The notes under the pieces: generated by a model
The model's database searches: none
Seen by the model: only the letters and a program-made list of their open reading frames with translations
What the model was told of the DNA's origin: nothing
Assembly: GCA_965214835.1 (NCBI GenBank)
Contig: CBDCCK010000002.1
Coordinates: 352,001-416,000 of the forward strand
Length of the DNA: 64,000 bases
Reading direction: 5' to 3'
Origin: Nitrosopumilaceae archaeon
Lineage (GTDB): Archaea > Thermoproteota > Nitrososphaeria > Nitrososphaerales > Nitrosopumilaceae
Program-made: the position numbers and the translations under genes
Shown here: positions 41,735-51,541 of the stretch, piece by piece
How positions within the stretch are numbered: position 1 is the stretch's first letter
Layout: every line of letters starts with the position of its first letter

Positions 41735-42422
41735 TCCTGCAGTGGAGCTTGGCATGATGCAGCTGTCCGACTCGTTTTTTCCCACGGGGCTGTTTGCGAC
41801 CTCAAACGGCCTGGAAAGCCTGTTTATGGACGGGAGGGTCACCTCCGCGCACGAGCTGGCCGAGTTCAGCAGGGTATGCCTTGAGCAGCAGGTGGGGCCG
41901 TCTGACTGCATAGCCCTCTCAAACGCATATGGTTTTGCAGAGTCCTCAGACCGCAAGGGCATCAGGGAGCTGGACGCAATATGCGCCTCCATGCGGGCGG
42001 TAAAGGAGGCCAGGGACGCGTCCCTGAGATCCGGGGCCCAGCTGGCAAGGTGCGTCAGGGGGTTTCAAGGCGGCGACGGGCTCCTGGGCTGGTACTATAA
42101 TGAGATTAAAAACGGGGGCGTCGCCGGCTCCTATCCCGTCTCGTTTGCAGTATGCTGCAACGCGCTGGGAATAAAAAGGGAAAAGGCGCTGCTGATGCTG
42201 CTTTACGGCTTTGTTGCAAGCAACGTGGGCGCCGCACTGCGTCTGGGAATGATCCAGCACCTTGAGGGCCAAAGGGTCATCCACGAGTTGAAACCGGTGA
42301 TGGCAAGGGTCGCACGGATGTACTCGGACAGGACGGTCGCGGACATGTGGCAGTTCGCACCGCAGATCGAAATCAACCAGATGTCACATGAGGGGATGGA
42401 CTCTAAGATGTTCATCACATGA
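41727..42422 (+). CDS. ureF: Urease accessory protein UreF
   Basis: QLSDSFFPTGLFATSNGLE, HEGMDSKMFIT. Confidence 0.94.
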   Translation: MDDPAVELGMMQLSDSFFPTGLFATSNGLESLFMDGRVTSAHELAEFSRVCLEQQVGPSDCIALSNAYGFAESSDRKGIRELDAICASMRAVKEARDASLRSGAQLARCVRGFQGGDGLLGWYYNEIKNGGVAGSYPVSFAVCCNALGIKREKALLMLLYGFVASNVGAALRLGMIQHLEGQRVIHELKPVMARVARMYSDRTVADMWQFAPQIEINQMSHEGMDSKMFIT

Positions 42423-42433
42423 GGCGCATCAGG

Positions 42434-43081
42434 ATGACAAGAATCCCGAGGATAGGCATCGGCGGCCCCGTCGGCTCTGGAAAAAGCATGCTTATCGAGA
42501 GGGTCGTTCCGGTACTGGCGGGGAAGGGCTACAGCGTCAGCGTGATCTCCAATGACGTCATCTCAAAGGAGGATGCAGACAGGATGAGGGAGAACCTGGC
42601 CACAAACCGCGGACTGCTGCCCGAGAACCTCGTGATCGGCCTTGCCACGGGGGGATGCCCGCACACGGCAATCAGGGAGGATCCATCGATGAACATCGCG
42701 GTAATAGAGGAGCTAGAGGAGAGCCACCACGAGCTGGATCTCATCATAATAGAGAGCGGGGGGGACAACATAACGACGACATTCAGCCCGATCCTTGCCG
42801 ATTACTTTATCTACATTATCGACGTTGCAGGGGGCGACAAGTATCCCAGAAAGGGGGGGCTGGGAATCGAGAGCTGCGACCTCTTGGCAATCAACAAGAC
42901 TGACCTGGCGCCGCTCGTGGGTGCGGATTTAGACGTCATGAAAAACGACGCCCGGAAGCTGAGAAAGGACAAGCCGTTTTTGTTGATAAACTGTAAAACC
43001 GACGAGGGAATAGGGGAGGTGGCTCAGCACATCATCCACGACGTGCTGTTTGACGCGCAGCCAAAGGCCGGCGCCTCCTGA
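42434..43081 (+). CDS. ureG: Urease accessory GTPase UreG
   Basis: GGPVGSGKS, TGGCPHTAIRED, ESGGDN, NKTDLAP. Confidence 0.96.
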   Translation: MTRIPRIGIGGPVGSGKSMLIERVVPVLAGKGYSVSVISNDVISKEDADRMRENLATNRGLLPENLVIGLATGGCPHTAIREDPSMNIAVIEELEESHHELDLIIIESGGDNITTTFSPILADYFIYIIDVAGGDKYPRKGGLGIESCDLLAINKTDLAPLVGADLDVMKNDARKLRKDKPFLLINCKTDEGIGEVAQHIIHDVLFDAQPKAGAS

Positions 43082-43090
43082 CGCAGGAAA

Positions 43091-44017
43091 ATGGACGGTT
43101 CGGATTTTTACACGCCATCGGACGTTCCTGAAAGCATCAGGGCCTTTGACTCGGAGGTGAGGCAGCTGGCAGTCGGAAAGGCCGGAAAAAACGGCTCCCT
43201 GAGGCTGGTCTTTCAAAGTGATCAGAATGGGAGGACCGTCGTGGGGGATCTGTTCTCCGAGGCGCCCCTTCACGTACAAAGGGCGCTGCACTATGACGGC
43301 TCGTGCCCGGACCTGGCATACCTGTACATGGTCTCGGCATCCGGCGGGGTGCTGCAGGGAGACCGATACAGGATTGACATCACGATGAAAAAAAACTCCA
43401 AGGCCCACGTTACAACACAGGGCGCAACCAGGATCTACGGCATGGATTCAAACAGCGCGACGCAGATGATCAACATTACGCTGGACGAGGACTCGTATCT
43501 GGAGTTTGTCCCGGACCAGATAATTCCGTATCGCAACTCGAGGTTCTACCAGAAAACGAGCCTGAAGGTGCACGACTCGGCCACCGCGGTCTGCTCGGAG
43601 ATTCTCACGCCCGGGCGGACTGCAATGAACGAGTCATTTGAGTATGACGTGTGCTATCTCAAGACCAGTGCAATCAATCATGAAAACGTTCTGAGATTCA
43701 CGGATGCCGCAAGCCTTGAGCCAAAAAAGCGGGGGCTTTCATCCCCCGGGATTCTGGGTGGCCATGCGGTTGCGGGCTCCGTATACATCCTGACCGGAAG
43801 GCAGAACGCCTCAGGGCTGCACGGCGAAATCAACGAGACGATTTCCGAAAGCGCGGGGGTCTCGGGCGGGGCAAGCCTCATGAGAAACGATGCCGGGCTG
43901 CTGGTCAGAGTCCTCGGAGACGAGACCGAGCCCGTCAGAGATGCGATTCTGGGCATAGTCGGCTCCGTCAGGCAGGCTGCAATAGGCGCATCGTTTTCAG
44001 GCGTCAGAAAGAACTAG
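43091..44017 (+). CDS. ureD: Urease accessory protein UreD
   Basis: SGGVLQGD, TTQGATRIY, EILTPGR. Confidence 0.94.
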   Translation: MDGSDFYTPSDVPESIRAFDSEVRQLAVGKAGKNGSLRLVFQSDQNGRTVVGDLFSEAPLHVQRALHYDGSCPDLAYLYMVSASGGVLQGDRYRIDITMKKNSKAHVTTQGATRIYGMDSNSATQMINITLDEDSYLEFVPDQIIPYRNSRFYQKTSLKVHDSATAVCSEILTPGRTAMNESFEYDVCYLKTSAINHENVLRFTDAASLEPKKRGLSSPGILGGHAVAGSVYILTGRQNASGLHGEINETISESAGVSGGASLMRNDAGLLVRVLGDETEPVRDAILGIVGSVRQAAIGASFSGVRKN

Positions 44018-44261
44018 ATGGGCGGCATCTGAGGGTGTTGCGGGGTTGCTTTCTAGTTCGGCAATCAGCCTAATTTTCTAAATTCTCTACCATATTGATC
44101 AGAACAGGTGTGGTTCCCTAATGACGAAACATGAGACGCAGGGAGTACCACAAGTACTACCATCGTGACTTCAATTCTGCCCGGGGGCTATCCTATTACC
44201 CCCAGCCTGTTCTACCACCATCCCGTGCCTGAGCCTAGCCTAATGTCCAAAATATTACTGA

Positions 44262-45173
44262 TTACCTGATGTTGGAAGGCGGGACAAATTCAATTATGTG
44301 TGACTTCCCCGCCTGATTTTCAATAATTTTTACCGCGTTTGTTTGTGAGAATGTCAGAATTGTAGCATGGTGTATGGATAATACTAAATCCAGCAACTTG
44401 GGTTCGTCTTCTATCATCGATATTTTCAGTTTAAGATCTTTGCATTTTTGTGCTGTAAATTGTCTATTGTGAGACTTGGTTTCATCGTTATCTGTTAGAC
44501 CCTTGACAATCCCGTTTACTATTTTTTCGGCATCTGTATCTCCTAGGTACATCCCGGTCAGCAAAGCGTTGGTTGCAATTTCTTTTGACCATCTGATTGC
44601 TCTTTCACACTGCCCAACCAATGTTGGCGAATATTTGGCCAAAATAGGCTGCCATACTGGAATCTTGTCTTTGTCTTTTTTGATTTCGTCTACCGCTCGA
44701 TTAAACTCATCCATTAATCCAACGGCTGGGAATCTCCCTTCTATTTGCGGATCAATTGGGCCTAAACTTGACTGCTTCCCCATCAGGATTTCTTTGCATG
44801 CACAAGAGATCATTGTACCTCCTGACATTGCCATCTGTGGTATTATTGCCCGAATGTTTGTTCCAAACATTTGTCGCAAATAATCTATCAACGACTCTGT
44901 TGCCGCAACGTCGCCTCCAGGAGTATGCAAAATCAGATCTAGGCCTTTATCGCGCTCTAATCCGTGTATGGCCGTCATGAATCCATTTTTATCGTTGTTA
45001 TTGATTCCCAGAACTGCTCCCAACTGAACTGGTTTTTGTAACCATCCTGAATAATAGATTATGACATTTCTGCCTGTATGCTCGCTCAGCTTGCGTTGGT
45101 AGTCTCTTCTAAAAATATCGTATGTGCTTCCACTACTGTTTACTATGTCTCTGATATCATTATAATTTGGCAT
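44262..45173 (-). CDS. ClpP/SppA-class (S49, SDH family) serine protease
   Basis: LDLILHTPGGD, PQMAMSGGTMI, SSLGPIDPQ. AT-rich. Confidence 0.88.
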   Translation of the reverse strand: MPNYNDIRDIVNSSGSTYDIFRRDYQRKLSEHTGRNVIIYYSGWLQKPVQLGAVLGINNNDKNGFMTAIHGLERDKGLDLILHTPGGDVAATESLIDYLRQMFGTNIRAIIPQMAMSGGTMISCACKEILMGKQSSLGPIDPQIEGRFPAVGLMDEFNRAVDEIKKDKDKIPVWQPILAKYSPTLVGQCERAIRWSKEIATNALLTGMYLGDTDAEKIVNGIVKGLTDNDETKSHNRQFTAQKCKDLKLKISMIEDEPKLLDLVLSIHHATILTFSQTNAVKIIENQAGKSHIIEFVPPSNIR

Positions 45174-45334
45174 TATTCTACTTTAGAAGTAACCGTTGTC
45201 AGTTTAAGAAACTTGCTATAATCTGCATTCGTCTCTCGGTAGTCAAATTTCAAAAAGCCTTCTCTCTTCTCACTGGTTTCAAGATCCAATTCTTCGAATA
45301 TTTCATGAATGTCCATTCCTTCTTCCGCACCCAT
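45173..45334 (-). CDS. Small acidic peptide translationally coupled to the protease
   Basis: Stop codon overlaps the protease ATG (TAATG). Start codon uncertain (45358, 45334 or 45316). Confidence 0.5.
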   Translation of the reverse strand: MGAEEGMDIHEIFEELDLETSEKREGFLKFDYRETNADYSKFLKLTTVTSKVE

Positions 45335-45509
45335 GCATTTTTTAAATTTTAGCACCATAAATAACTTTGGCGCGTCTCAGTGTAAGAGACGTGTACGAGA
45401 CACCTACGTTTTGACAGCCTGAGAGTTGATTCGAAATCGGCGGATTCGGATCATGCATGAATAAGTTTTACATCAAGCCGATTAAAATGCTCGCAGATGG
45501 TAAATTATC

Positions 45510-45621
45510 ATAACAGTTCGGATTCTGGAAGTTATTTCTGATTTCAGGCACAAATTCTATTTTGATCGGCATTCGCTAATAGCAAAATTCGTGCCTGAAC
45601 TTCCAGAGCCTGACCTGCTAC
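45510..45621. mobile_element. GTAAC-family MITE, degenerate copy of 21409-21519
   Basis: taacagttcggattctggaagttatttctgatttcaggcac...cttccagagcctgacctgctac. Confidence 0.75.
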
Positions 45622-45624
45622 GGA

Positions 45625-45750
45625 GGTTGTTGCCTAATTCCACTTATTTGACTCAACCAGTATGTTTTTCTGAATTTTCGCCCTTTTGCACGACTGATCC
45701 ATGTGGCATCTCAACGGTTTTCAGGAATTCTGGCGAATTAGGAAGCAACC
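45625..45750. mobile_element. 126-bp MITE, copy 2
   Basis: Highly similar to 32149-32274, with the same TIRs. Confidence 0.8.
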
Positions 45751-45993
45751 CCCTGCGGCTATGGGCCATCCTATTACGAGCAGTCCGTACGAAGGCTGTT
45801 TGTAAATGGGGAGGTTCTGCCAGTGAAACTGTTCCGACATTCAATGGGCTAACTACGCACGCAGCCGCCTGAACCGCCACTAATCGGCTACGTCTTGGAA
45901 GACTGCCATGCCTCATTTTCCAGCATGTTCTTTTCGTAATAGGGTGCGGTTATGAAAATACAACGATGGCAGATCGGTCTTCCTGCCGTGCGG

Positions 45994-48303
45994 CTAGCCA
46001 AGCAGGACTACCGGCTTTGAGGTAAGTTTTAGGACCTTCCTAGTCACGTGCCCAAAGTCATCCTTGGTGCCTCCAAGCCCCCGGCATCCCATTGCAATCA
46101 GATCCACGCCTAGCTTGTCTGCCAGCTCGGCAATCTTGACCGGGGGATTGCCCAGCTTTACGATTCTCTTGTAGTCGTTGATCTGCTTGGGAACCACGAT
46201 GCTTCTGAGCACCAAGTGTCCCTCCTCCTGCATCTGGGAGCTGAGTTCCTCATCCATGTTCTCCTCCTGCTCGTCAGGCCAGTCTATGACATGCAGTAGG
46301 TAGATCTGCACTCTTGCGGCGCCCCTAAAGAGATAGCTTGCATTGTCAAGTGCCTTGAGGGATTTTACAGAGCCGTCAACGGGCACTAGGATCTTCATCA
46401 CGGGAGTAATATCGCCTGAGTCGTCCTCAAATTCCGGCCTGTCGCGATACTCATCGGCGGTTCTAGCCCTTGAGATGATTTCCCTGATGCTGCTTCTGGC
46501 CTCAAGAAACGGCAGGACTATGACGGATCCCGCCGCGCCAAACGCCCATACTACCGCAAGAGCAATCCAGGCCGTAAAGGACTCGATGGAAAAGACGTAC
46601 TCGGTAAGGTAAAACGACATAGGCCAGACGATTACAAGGAATATCGTTATTCCAAACCCGACCCTCTTGCAGAACCTGGATGCATTCTCCAACAGCCTCT
46701 CATCGGTGTCGCGCTTTAGCATCGAGCGGACCCTGTCGTCGACTACGAGGATTTTTTGCTTCAGGGCGCGAAAGTCAAAGTTTTCTGGAACAAGCGCGCT
46801 TCCGCCGATGGTGAGTGCAAGGCTGGTGAGTATCGACGTTACGTTTCCCACAAGCAGCGGAATCGTATTCCCGGTAGATGAGATCGTAACCTCCCCAAAC
46901 ATCAGGCTTGCTGAAAAGATCCATGCAACCACCCCGCAAAACAGGCCTGCCAGTGCCCCGGCCGTTGCCGCGTACCTGTTCGTCTTTTCCCACAGGATTG
47001 AAAACGAGATGGGCGCCACCGCGGAGCCGATCAAAATCCCCATCATCAGGTACACATACTGCAGGCTGACGCCGAGCTGGAACAGTATTGATGCCAGGGC
47101 CCCCATCCCTATGCCAAAGCACAAGATGGCGAATCGGGAGACCCGTATAAGCTCCCTTCCCGTTGCAGAGGGCTTTAGGTATGTCCTGAATACGTCATAT
47201 GTCATCAGCGAGGAGACGCTGACCAGCTGTGACGAGCCTGCAGCCGTGACTGCCGTAAAGACGATTGTCAGGATAAGAATCGCCCCCAGATCGCCCATCA
47301 GCTGCACTGCCGCAGTCGGGGCTACGAGTCCAAGGCCTATCTGATCCTCGGTCAGCGTGACGCCCGTCGCGACTGCGGCCAGGCCAAGCGTCGTGGCCAG
47401 GGTAAACGGGATTGCAAACCACGCCAGCCCCCCCATTATAAAGCCGCCCGTCGCAGCCCTCGGCCTTGCGGCAATGGATCTCTGCCAGTACGACTGATCG
47501 ACGAAGACGGTCCCAAAGTTTCCCACTATGTTGATTATGCCAAAGATCAGGGCGCCGACTGAGGCAAGGGTCAGAAAGCTTCCCAGCGCGTTTCCCTCGA
47601 CGGGTGCCAGCGCAGAGGCGCCGCCAAGCTTGTCATACATCCCGGAGATCCCCCCGATATCCGGGCTCACAAAATAGATTACCGTGACAAAGATCAGGAC
47701 TACGACGAAGATAAACGCGGTGTTGATATACTCTGCAAAAAACGTAGCCTTTAGCCCCCCAAAGATGGTATAAAGTATTATCCCCAGGGGCAGCAGGAAT
47801 GCGGCAAGCGTTATGTCGACGCCGGTAAGGGAGTTGACTACTGCTGCGCCTCCGAGGACAAGCATTGCTGTAACTATGGTGTTTGTCATCAGTGCAAAGA
47901 ACAAAAAGACCTTGTGGGAGTGCTTGCCATACCTGACGTATATCATCTCCGGAAACGTGTGGGTCATCGGCGCCTTGCGCTTGAGCTCTATTGCAAGGAT
48001 TGAGAACAAAATCACCTGGATGCTGGCGCCTGCGGCATACCAAAACGATCCGGCGATTCCAAACTCAAAGGTCACGGTGGATGACTGCAGCAGGGTTGCT
48101 GCCCACGTCCAGGCCGATACTATGGATGAGGCAATCAGCCCCGTCTTGATGGTTCTCCCCGCCGTGTAGAACCATTCGGATGTTTTTCGCGTGCCAAGCC
48201 ATTTCGTCTCGGCCTTTACCATCAGGGTGACTGCAAGGGCCATGATCAGGCCGACTCCGATTAGCACGAGAAACCCGACATTTTCCGGCAGGATGGATGT
48301 CAT
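45994..48303 (-). CDS. Second DUR3-type urea/solute symporter fused to a C-terminal USP domain
   Basis: TSEWFYTAGRTIKTGL, GNFGTVFVDQSYWQR, then MKILVPVDGS...DLIAMGCRGLGG. Probable start MTSILP at 48303. Confidence 0.9.
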   Translation of the reverse strand: MTSILPENVGFLVLIGVGLIMALAVTLMVKAETKWLGTRKTSEWFYTAGRTIKTGLIASSIVSAWTWAATLLQSSTVTFEFGIAGSFWYAAGASIQVILFSILAIELKRKAPMTHTFPEMIYVRYGKHSHKVFLFFALMTNTIVTAMLVLGGAAVVNSLTGVDITLAAFLLPLGIILYTIFGGLKATFFAEYINTAFIFVVVLIFVTVIYFVSPDIGGISGMYDKLGGASALAPVEGNALGSFLTLASVGALIFGIINIVGNFGTVFVDQSYWQRSIAARPRAATGGFIMGGLAWFAIPFTLATTLGLAAVATGVTLTEDQIGLGLVAPTAAVQLMGDLGAILILTIVFTAVTAAGSSQLVSVSSLMTYDVFRTYLKPSATGRELIRVSRFAILCFGIGMGALASILFQLGVSLQYVYLMMGILIGSAVAPISFSILWEKTNRYAATAGALAGLFCGVVAWIFSASLMFGEVTISSTGNTIPLLVGNVTSILTSLALTIGGSALVPENFDFRALKQKILVVDDRVRSMLKRDTDERLLENASRFCKRVGFGITIFLVIVWPMSFYLTEYVFSIESFTAWIALAVVWAFGAAGSVIVLPFLEARSSIREIISRARTADEYRDRPEFEDDSGDITPVMKILVPVDGSVKSLKALDNASYLFRGAARVQIYLLHVIDWPDEQEENMDEELSSQMQEEGHLVLRSIVVPKQINDYKRIVKLGNPPVKIAELADKLGVDLIAMGCRGLGGTKDDFGHVTRKVLKLTSKPVVLLG

Positions 48304-48522
48304 GGACAGGATCAGGAATCGTGATTCCGGTATTAAAGTGGTCAGGACTCCGGGCAGGACACGGCCTGTCCTTTGGATTCCAGCACCCCCAAGAGCGCCC
48401 CACAAGACTGCTCCGACTAGGCACACATCTGTGATCTTCACGCCTGGCCGGCAGGGGAAGGCGGCCCCGTACCGTCGAGCCTTGAAGATATGTTAAATAC
48501 AAGTTTTACGGTTGTGGAATAA

Positions 48523-49062
48523 ATGGTAGACAGGATAGACGAGCTGATAATCTCTGCGCTCAGCCAGAACTCGCGGCAGAGTGTCTTTGAGCTTTGGGAC
48601 TTTCTGAAGGGATTCGGTCATAACGTCCCCGAGGAGGAGATCGAGTCGCGCAAAAAAACCCTGGAGGAAGAGGGGATTATCAGAAGGTATACGATTTCGG
48701 TTGACTCAAAAAAGCTTCCCGGCAGGGTCATACGCGTCGATCTGGTGACGTTTAGGACGTCGCAGGCCCTGCAAAAGAGGCTGGAGGGGCTGAAAAAATA
48801 CCTCAACGACGCCCCGTTTGTAGTCTTTACGGGAAAGACCAGGGGCGGATACGACTGGATTACGATAAAGTCATTTCTGTCATCGGAGATGGCAGACGAG
48901 GAAAACGACATATACAGGAACCTGTTCGGGGACATCATACAGACCTACGAGGTGTATGACTTTGTTCCACAGACTGACGCCTCGCTTTATGCCCTGGCAT
49001 ATACGGAGGCAGAATACAAGAGGTTCCTCAGGGAATGGGCCCCGCCGTTCATAGGCAAATGA
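48523..49062 (+). CDS. Lrp/AsnC family transcriptional regulator
   Basis: VDRIDELIISALSQNSR, LEEEGIIRRYTISVD. Divergent from the transporter gene. Confidence 0.85.
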   Translation: MVDRIDELIISALSQNSRQSVFELWDFLKGFGHNVPEEEIESRKKTLEEEGIIRRYTISVDSKKLPGRVIRVDLVTFRTSQALQKRLEGLKKYLNDAPFVVFTGKTRGGYDWITIKSFLSSEMADEENDIYRNLFGDIIQTYEVYDFVPQTDASLYALAYTEAEYKRFLREWAPPFIGK

Positions 49063-49073
49063 GTCGGCGTCGA

Positions 49074-49958
49074 CTAGGTGCCGCCTTTGGGGCGGGCGTG
49101 CTTTGAGCGGCCCTTTTTGTATTTCAGCGCATCGTCGATCATCGCATGCGTCTGTCTTCTCAGGCCCATCAAAAACTTGACCAGATCCACCCGCTCCTTT
49201 GGAGGGACCTTGTGGGCATCCTCGATTAAATCGTCTATTCTTGAAAGCGTAATCTTGAGGGCCAGGGTGCCCTTTCTGATGATTTGCGTCTCTTTGGACT
49301 TTGGCTCTTTTTTGTATCCGTACTCGTCTGACTCTGCCTTTAGCCTGCTCTTCATTTTTCTGATCTGCCTTACCGTAAGCTTGTTGTCGACTATCTCATC
49401 TACCAGCTCCGTCCTTAGTGCAGCGCCGACATTGGTAAGCTCCAGCGCCTGGCTGACGCTCAGGCCGCTGCCAGTCACCCTGTCTTTTACCTCCTCGGGA
49501 AGTCTCAGCAGCTGCATCCTGTGCGAGACATACTCCTCGCTCTTGCCAATTCTCCTCCCAAGATCGCTTACCCCGCCCCAGCCAAAGTCGACTACGTATT
49601 TTTGGTAGGCCTCTGCCTCCTCGATGGGATCCATTGATTTTCGCTGCAGGTTCTCTGTTAGCTGGATTTCATATGCCTGCTTGTCGGAGAACTCGCGTAT
49701 TTTGCACGGGATGAACCTCCACCTGAGGGACCTGCATGCGGCAAACCTCCTGTGGCCGGCTACGATCTCAAAGCCGTGCTCCAGGGGGCGGACGACTATG
49801 GGCTGGAGCAGGCCGTGATCCTTTATGCTTGATTTGAGGTTGGTCATCTCCGGGGAGTTCCTCGGATCAGGGTACCTGACCGGAAACTTTGAGGGCCTGA
49901 TCATCCGTAGCTCAATTGGTTCGACCAACGAATTGTCATAGGCCTCCGTACCAGCCAT
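49074..49958 (-). CDS. ParB/Spo0J family partition protein
   Basis: GLLQPIVVR, EIVAGHRRF, ENLQRKSMDPIEEA, HTH. Confidence 0.92.
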   Translation of the reverse strand: MAGTEAYDNSLVEPIELRMIRPSKFPVRYPDPRNSPEMTNLKSSIKDHGLLQPIVVRPLEHGFEIVAGHRRFAACRSLRWRFIPCKIREFSDKQAYEIQLTENLQRKSMDPIEEAEAYQKYVVDFGWGGVSDLGRRIGKSEEYVSHRMQLLRLPEEVKDRVTGSGLSVSQALELTNVGAALRTELVDEIVDNKLTVRQIRKMKSRLKAESDEYGYKKEPKSKETQIIRKGTLALKITLSRIDDLIEDAHKVPPKERVDLVKFLMGLRRQTHAMIDDALKYKKGRSKHARPKGGT

Positions 49959-50293
49959 GCCCGGTATACCCTACTCAGATATGATATTTATCGATTTATA
50001 GATCCCAGGGCAGGGGGTGTCTCTACCTGTAATTTCTGGCGGGGAGCTAGTCATACTCCTGTAAGCAAGAGACATTATGCGTAATCGGTGCAGATCAAAA
50101 AAATCAGGCAGCCTTTACGTCACTTTTGGCAGATATGCATGGGTCTAGGCTGCCTGCAGATCCGGCATCTAGACGCCTGCACCGCCACGAGTCGGGTTAC
50201 ATCTAAGACTGGTGCAGTACAAAAATCTGCCGGGTGGACGCTGCCCACGGCGGGGAGTTTTTCTGAGCTTTGCACTCCCAGGATTACCGCCAT

Positions 50294-51469
50294 CTATCGG
50301 ACATGGACCTGGGTTGTCTTGTGCGCAGATATCGGAATCATCGAGTGCACAGACTCCCACACAAAGGACTCTATCGTATAGCTGCCGGCAAGCGCAGGCA
50401 CCCACAGCTGGGATACCTCCAGGATTCCGTTGGGCGGAAAGGAGCTGGTAGCCCAGGATATTTTTGTCACTGCACCGTCAGAGTCCCTTACCTGGACAAT
50501 GAAGGCAAATGGCTGCTCGAATCCCTGGTTGTTTTTTATCTCGCCTACGACTTGGACCTGCTGGCCAGGCGAGATTTCTGAGAGCGGCCCTCCAGAGACG
50601 TCAGCCAGTGAGACGTTTAGCACCTGTGTCTTCCCGGTTGCCCCGCCGTCATGTTTCAGGAAGGCCTGTGCGGAAATATCAAGCTCGTCTGATACGTCAT
50701 GGGGGTAGGGCAGCGTGCGGTCCTGGTATCTGGCATATATCGTGCCCCCGGGCATTGCAAAAACGTTGTGTCCACTATTGTGGCCTGCTGACTGAATCCT
50801 AACCGTGCCCTCAAACAGGCCAGAGTCGGGACTCGTCTCGGTCATGTCGACACTTATCCCCGCCCTGTCAGTGTTGGAGAAGACAGCGATTTCGAACCCG
50901 TCGATCCTCTCGGGGTTCAGGTTCATGTCCGGATCATGCACGCGGATTACGGGGAATTGATTGGGGTCGCAATAATCGCACATGAACTCTATGGTTCCCA
51001 CGCTCCATGAGATCGGCGCCGACTCTGTTACGACCACGCCGTCTGCAAACTCAAATGATACCGTAATTGCAGAGTCACGCTCGGTCTCCAGGAATCCGCT
51101 GGTCGGCCCGCTGCCTGACGTTCTCGGGACAGTGTCAGGGCTGCCGTCACCGTCGACGTCGTGGGGGAATCCAGTAAGGATCACCTCCCCCGAAAATACC
51201 CCGCTGTTTGCATGGGTCTCTGCAAGCTTGTACTGATCCAGTGAAAAGCCGCGCGTAGAGATCTTTATCGGATGCTTGGGCTCGTTTCCAATCGCATCGA
51301 TCATATGCCTGTCCGTGTTCCAGCTGGGGGCAGCTATGGTGATGCTTACCTTGTCAGTCCAGCTGTAGGCCGGCTGATCAAAGAAGATCGGCGAGTACGG
51401 GTTGTCATAGTCGGGTATGGGCTCTGCAGACGCAAGAGGTAGCAGGAGGAGTAGCCAGATCAACGCCAA
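50294..51469 (-). CDS. Secreted hypothetical protein with Ig-like domains
   Basis: Signal peptide, ETHANSGVFSG/ETSPDSGLFEG repeats, YTIESFVWES. Confidence 0.8.
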   Translation of the reverse strand: MALIWLLLLLPLASAEPIPDYDNPYSPIFFDQPAYSWTDKVSITIAAPSWNTDRHMIDAIGNEPKHPIKISTRGFSLDQYKLAETHANSGVFSGEVILTGFPHDVDGDGSPDTVPRTSGSGPTSGFLETERDSAITVSFEFADGVVVTESAPISWSVGTIEFMCDYCDPNQFPVIRVHDPDMNLNPERIDGFEIAVFSNTDRAGISVDMTETSPDSGLFEGTVRIQSAGHNSGHNVFAMPGGTIYARYQDRTLPYPHDVSDELDISAQAFLKHDGGATGKTQVLNVSLADVSGGPLSEISPGQQVQVVGEIKNNQGFEQPFAFIVQVRDSDGAVTKISWATSSFPPNGILEVSQLWVPALAGSYTIESFVWESVHSMIPISAHKTTQVHVR

Positions 51470-51541
51470 TCCCGGTACGGCTCCGCCATTAATCTAGTTT
51501 ACCAAGAAGCCTTGAGTCTCCCGGCCTGCATGGGCGTGATG

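Noticed and set aside
49074-49958. ParB as evidence of an integrated plasmid
   Set aside because: No ParA, replication gene, integrase or att sites nearby, and its composition matches host genes
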